Shown here: one piece after another, positions 32,457 to 38,429 of the stretch | How positions within the stretch are numbered: the first letter of the stretch is position 1 | Layout of the letters: each line of letters begins with the position of its first letter | Position numbers and translations under genes: made by a program | The notes under the pieces: generated by a model | What the model was told of the DNA's origin: nothing | Database searches by the model: none | What the model saw: only the letters and a program-made list of their open reading frames with translations | Source: Octopus bimaculoides | Lineage: Eukaryota | Assembly (NCBI RefSeq): GCF_001194135.2 | Contig: NC_068999.1 | Location: 26,578,227 to 26,616,655, forward strand | Direction of reading: 5' to 3' | Length of the DNA: 38,429 nucleotides

Positions 32457-33894
32457 GTAAGTAATAACATACGTTACAAGATAGAGTACACTCCCTTGTA
32501 TTAACTACTTCGCAGCTTCTGCTATTTTATTTTTGTTACATTGTGTTTTAAAATATTTAATCCTACCCATCTGTGGTCTTAGTCCAAATCTTGCCTTAGT
32601 CACTTTCGTCTTTCATTTTTCTGGCCTCTATGAGGAGATTCCTTAATGAATTTTGAATGACCCCCCGCCCCCAAGACTAAAATAAAAACTAGAAACCAGA
32701 CTTGACACATACACACTTACTCCTCTATTACTCATTGAATGTCTTGCTTGATTGTTCATTCAACATTTCAGTACTCTCTTTAACTTGTGTTTAGACAGAT
32801 TGACATACATACAGTAAGAGAGAATAAGAGAACATAAATGTTGCAGGAAGGAATGACAAGTAAAAGAATTGCAATTGAGGAAAGTATCATCTGCAAAATG
32901 AGTGTATGCATGTGATATGGTATTTTAAAAAGTTTTTATATCTAAGAAAGTAGCTTGTTTTAACAGTCATCTGTGTCTTTGGATTCGGGCTCTTTGATGA
33001 TTGGAAATTTGCTTCTGTCCATTTTATTACTGAAATACACACCTATATAAAGTTTTGTGCAGTGCACTTATGTGAATTTTGCATCAAATCTCACTATTTC
33101 AGGTATAACGGAGCAATAAGCAGAAATAATCACTAGTAGCTACTATCACAAATCTGCATATTAAGTAACTCTTAAATCATGAAATTAAAAGTTCTGTTAT
33201 TGATTCCAAAATCAAGTAACTGTGATTGTTTATCAGATGTAATATTTTGTATGTCTCAACTAAATATATGGGGTGCAATAGATGAGGTTCTAGTGCTTAC
33301 ATTCATATAATGAGCATTTCTGAGACACATTGTCTTGTGAGTCTCAGTATTGCAGTGTAATATAATGAATACTTGGCCTACTATTACTTTATAGCCAGGA
33401 TAATAGAACACATTAATTTAACTTGGAATAAATTTCATGAAAAATTTCCCAACATTGAATGTAAGTTTATCTCTGTAGACTGTCTTTGAACTCATATCAT
33501 AGCTTTTATACAATTAGGCCTGGATTTGATTAAATTATTAATGACAGACTAATTCATGTTTACCTATTATTTGGTTAATGTTACTCTCAATTTTGTGATT
33601 AATGTAATTTTTGATGTTACTCACAACTTTCTATCAATATTTCTATTAAATATGTTATATTAAGACCAGGACCTTGCTTTTATGACATGGGGCTCCAGTT
33701 TCTTGAAAAACTGTGTTTTTCTTGTCAATTTCTATATGAGATTAGATGGATAATAGACTCCTTTCAAGTATTTGACATTATTTCAGGCCATTTAAATGAT
33801 TTTTAACAAAAATCAACTCTAATCTGCCTGTTGCCCAAACTGCTCCCTTCCCAATACCCTCACCATAACTCCAGTTTGTCTCTGTTAAGCTGTT

Positions 33895-34017
33895 CCTTGC
33901 AAGTGATCTGGCTTTCAGGTTTCAGTTCCATTGTGCCACACATATACTATGACCTTGGGCTGACCAAGCCTTGTGAGTGAATTTGGTTGATGGACAGTGA
34001 AAAAAGTCCATTGTTTA
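33895..34017 (+). mobile_element. tRNA-SINE 5' part, apparently interrupted by the Helitron
   Basis: caggtttcagttcca...gggctgaccaagccttgtgagtgaatttggt..., the same family as 5491-5960. Confidence 0.6.
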
Positions 34018-37000
34018 TCTAATATATAAAATAGAGATGTGTGTGTATTCACTTTTCATGTGAAAATGGCTTCACCAATTACCTCCATACTTGGGATGCA
34101 TAAATAATTTGACTTCGGACAGCAGATGACACTAGAGTTTCCATTGGTGCAATGACAACTGAGTGCATATATTGTAAAGCAAGGAAGTGGCCTGCAGAGA
34201 TACCTGCACTGTGCTGCAGTGGTGGAAAGGTTAAACTCCCTGCAATCCTCCAACTTACAGAGCCATTGAAGAAACTATTGTCATCAACTGACCAAGATTC
34301 TAAGCACTCCCAAAACGAAATTAGACAGTTTAATGCTGCACTACAGATGACATCATTTGGAGCCACAAGAGATATAACTGAGCCAGGATTCATGACAACT
34401 TTCAAGATCCAAGATCAGATTTATCATCGGATTGGCTCTCTACTACCTCTGTCAAATGAATCATCAAAATTCCTTCAAACATATTTTATGGATGATTCTC
34501 AACAAAAAGGGTAAGAGAGATGCAAGAACAGTCCGGCATTAGGATGAACATTGTAGTGTCTCTGCAAAAGATGCTTCATAACAAAAACAACCTGATCAGA
34601 AGCTTCAAGACTGTACTTGAAACAATTCCACCTGACTCCATGGATTACAAGGTAATTATCAGATCAGACAAGAAACATGGAAGGAGGCTTAATGTGCCCA
34701 CAGCAAATGAAATAGCTGTGCTTCTGGTTGGCCAAGAACATGACAAGCATGACATTGTCCTCCATCTCAGAGACAGCACACTGATGAGGATTTCAGAAAC
34801 ATACAGATCCTATGCTGTTCTGTTATGGACAAGATACTATGTTGACAGACAGACAAACTCCTCTAAGTGAGTTTCATCCAATGACTTCTATGCATTCCAC
34901 ATCATGGTTAGGAGTCACGATTCAAACCACATCCTACATTATAGAGATCTGTTCAGTCAGTTCATTGTTGACATGTATGCAAAAATTGAAAGTGAACGAT
35001 TACTCTACTTGAGACTGAACCAAAAGAAACTGAGAGTGGAATCATATGCTCACCTGCAAGATGCAATGCTGAATGATCATGATGTCAACAACATGGGCCA
35101 GCGAATCATCCTTCCATCATCATTCATAGAAAGCCCCAGATACATGCATGAGCACACACAAGATGCAATGACATATGTTAGACACTACGGCAGACCAGAC
35201 CTTTTCATAACCTTCACGTGCAATCCTAAATGGAAAGAGATTCAAAATGAACTCTTCTCAAACTAACAGCCTAAAGATAGACATGACATAATTGCAAGAG
35301 TCTTCAGACAGAAGGTTATCAAGCTCATGCAGTTACTGACCAAAGATAAAGTATTTGGTTCCACTAGATGCTACATGTATACAATAGAGTGGCAGAAACG
35401 TGGACTTCCTCATGTACACATCCTGCTCTGGCTTACAGACAAAATCCATGCCAGAACGATAGACAAATTCATCAGTGCAGAAATTCCAGATCCTCAGGAA
35501 GATCCAGAACTCTTCAATGTGGTCAAGACTCAAATGGTCCATGGTCCATGTGGGAACATCAACTTACATGCTCCATGCATGCAGAATAGAAAGTGTACAA
35601 AAAGCTTTCCAAAGTAGTTCCTTCAAGAGACACAGACTGGACATGATGGTTATCCACTCTACAGAAGAAGAAGGCCAAGTGATGGTGGATTTGAAACCAC
35701 CATCAAGAAGTCATCTCATACTGAAATTCTAGTTGACAACAGATGGATAGTACCATACTGTACCCTCCTCTCCAAGATATTCAATGCACACATCAATGTT
35801 GAGTTCTGTAACTCAGTGAAATCCATTAAGTATGTGTGCAAATATGACAAGGGATTTGACATAGCAGTCTTTGCAGTTCAGGATTCAGAGAACAATGATG
35901 AAATCAAGACCTTCCAAATGGGAAGGTATATCAGCAGTGGTGAAGCATGTTGGAGAATCTTCAAGTTCCCCATTCATGAGAGGTATCCCCATTCATGAGA
36001 AGTATCCCCATGTGCAACATTTTGCAGTTCACTTGGAGAATGGTGAAAGGGTTTACTGTACCCCAGACACAGTTCAATAAGGCAGCCTTTGAAGTGCTTG
36101 ATACAACACTACAAGACTTCAGGAACAATAAGAAGATCATGGGTGGTGTCACCCTTCTCATGGCTGGTGACTTCAGGCAAACGCTACCTGCCATTCCCAG
36201 AGAAACAAGGGCAGATGAGTTGAGAGCTTCTATCAAGTCCTTATATATCTGGCAACATGTCAAGCAGCCTACTCTAACAACCAGCATGGGGGTTCACATT
36301 CATGGTGACCCGTTAGCCACACAGTTCTCCAACAAGTTACTTGACATTGGAAATGTAAAACTTCCACAAGATCCAGAAGATAGTCTGCACCACCTCCCAT
36401 GTGGCAATATGACTGCCTCCCTAAAGAGCAAGGTGTTTCCAAACATAGCCACAAACTATAAAAGTCACAAGTGGCTATGTGAAAGAACAATTCTGGCACC
36501 AACGAATGATGCTGTACACAAGCTGAATCTAAATTTGTTGTCTCAGCTTCCAGGACCTGAATGTTCATACAGATCAAGTGACTCTGTCTCTGATCAAGAA
36601 CAGGTAATGCATTACCCAGTGGAGTTCCTCAATTCACTTCAGCCACCAGGATTTCCACCACACATTCTAATCATGAAGACAGGTGCTCCCATAATGCTAT
36701 TAAGAAACCTTGATGCACCCCAGACTCTGCAATGGAACAAGGTTGGTTGTTAAAACAGCCATGCCCCATGTGTTGGAAGCAGCGATAATTACAGGCAACA
36801 CGATAGGTGAGAATGTCTTCATTCCAAGGATACCTCTCATCTCAAATGATCTCCCCTTACATTTCAAGAGACTGCAGTTTCCTGTCAAACTTAGCTTAGC
36901 AATGTCTATCAACAAAGCACAAGGTCAATCTCTAAAGGTGGTGGGACTTAACCTCCTTCAACCTTGCTTCTCACATGATCAGCTGTATGTTGGATGTTCT

Positions 37001-37533
37001 AGAGTTGGAGATGAAAAGAAAATCTACATTCTCAGTAAACATGGCAAAACTGAAAACATAGTATATGAAGAAGCACTTGCATGAATAGTATGTCCATGTC
37101 ATATACAGAAGTGTAAGACCATTGAGTGTTAAAGTCAGTATTACTATTACACTTTCACTTTTCAACTGACATGCGTGAATGTATATCTGTGTATATAAAA
37201 GTGAAACAATAACGTGATAAATTTGCTGTCTGTTTGTGTGCGTACTTTACACACGGCCTTTTATTGTTTATAATCTGTACCTGTTTCTTGGTTATGAAAT
37301 AAGTTAGACTAAAAGTGTTTTTTGAATTATGTGTATTTACTTTATATATGAGTTGAAAACTATCTTTTCACATCTCACTTAACGTCTATGTTCCATACTG
37401 GCATGGGTTGGAGAGTTATTAATGTAGAAAGTTGGTATCTCAGCTATTAGCAGTTGAGACCTGTGTAATCTAGATGGCGTTTTTAAATTTTATTATTTTC
37501 TTTAACCCAGGCAACACCAGGTATTTCTGCTAG
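34018..37533 (+). mobile_element. Helitron, internally deleted and non-autonomous
   Basis: 5' TC terminus (tctaatatataaaa) at 34018; 3' end cccaggcaacaccaggtatttctgCTAG (decayed subterminal hairpin plus CTAG at 37530-37533); RepHel coding remnants inside. Confidence 0.9.
34140..37084 (+). pseudogene. Helitron RepHel (HUH Rep plus PIF1-like helicase) pseudogene
   Basis: Zn-finger region CIYCKARKW...CCSGGK; Rep motifs PDLFITFTCNPKW, EWQKRGLPHVHILLW and IKYVCKY; helicase motifs AGDFRQTLP, LLRNL, LCNGTRL, QFPVKLSLAMSINKAQGQSL and FSHDQLYVGCSRV; multiple stops and frameshifts. Confidence 0.93.
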
Positions 37534-37534
37534 A

Positions 37535-37565
<31 letters not shown>

Positions 37566-37572
<7 letters not shown>

Positions 37573-38228
37573 TGGTTACAGAAACAGTATTAATGCCAAA
37601 ATGTAATATTTATCCCCACTTAAAAGTTGTGTTAGGACACAGAATACTATGATATTTACCATGAGGGAACCTCTCATATGGACAGGAGGTGCATATAAGC
37701 ACCTCTGCCATCACCACTGGGACTACCAGGTCATGTGGTTTTGGCCTTCCTTGACCTTCTCAATGATAGATGCCCAAAAGCTGGAAATGGCAGTAATTTC
37801 TCTGCTAACGACATACATAGAATCTCAGTACCTAATCAGGCACTGTTGTTGCAAATAGCCAATGGGTTTGTTAAAAAATAATTAATGGCAACAGAAGCAG
37901 TATTACCAAAAGGTAATATTTATCCCTACTTAAAAGTGGATGTTGTGTTAGAACACAGAATACTGTGATAGTTACAATGAGAGAACCTCTCTTATGCATG
38001 TATATTTCTAGCAGAGAAATCACTGTCATTTCCAGCTTTCAGGCATCTATCATTGACAAGGCCAAGGAAGTCTGAAATCACATGATCTGGTTGTCCAGGC
38101 AGTGATGGCAGAAGATTATCACCCACTAGTGATATAAACACAAGTGCTTATATGCATCACAAGACCATATGTAACTATTGCAGTATTCTGTTTTCTAACA
38201 CAACATCCACTTTTAAGTGGGGATAAAT
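37566..38228. mobile_element. Palindromic (foldback/MITE-like) element with a third internal copy of its left end
   Basis: atttatccccacttaaaag at 37608 pairs with cttttaagtggggataaat ending at 38228; arms of about 220 bp; 37566-37680 is repeated directly at 37879-37996. Confidence 0.75.
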
Positions 38229-38250
38229 TATATATATATATATATATATA

Positions 38251-38429
38251 TCATCATCATCATCATCATCGTTTAACGTCCGCTTTCCATGCTAGCATGG
38301 GTTGGACGATTTGACTGAGGACTGGTGAAACCGGATGGCAACACCAGGCTCCAGTCTGATTTGGCAGAGTTTCTACAGCTGGATGCCCTTCCTAACGCCA
38401 ACCACTCAGAGAGTGTAGTGGGTGCTTTT
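38251..38429 (-). mobile_element. Young RTE 3' tail, continuing beyond the window
   Basis: (CAT)n then cgtttaacgtccgctttccatgctagcatggg..., nearly identical to 9997-10175. Confidence 0.85.

Overview
Eukaryotic, AT-rich, repeat-dense genomic DNA with three N-gaps, most likely from an octopus or other coleoid cephalopod (inferred from the recalled SINE and RTE-LINE tail families; not confirmed by a search). The one recognisable host gene is ASCC1 (KH domain plus 2H-phosphoesterase) on the + strand. Six coding exons between 20561 and 32456 join in frame through GT-AG introns (936 nt, 312 codons); the 5' non-coding exon and the C-terminal exon are not firmly located. The rest is mostly transposon debris: many RTE-clade LINE fragments and tails (the youngest has a PHD finger inside its RT), tRNA-derived SINEs, two Penelope-like elements (Penelope/Poseidon-type at 1.3-3.8 kb, Naiad-type at 30.3-31.4 kb), a hAT remnant, two inverted copies of a pogo-like element, an internally deleted Helitron, and two palindromic non-autonomous elements, one with an 8-bp TSD and head-to-head telomere-like arrays. 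No prokaryotic features or CRISPR arrays. I found no clearly new multi-gene system; the best leads are element architectures and RNA/DNA structures. All alignments were done by eye, and repeat boundaries are approximate unless a TSD or terminus is quoted.
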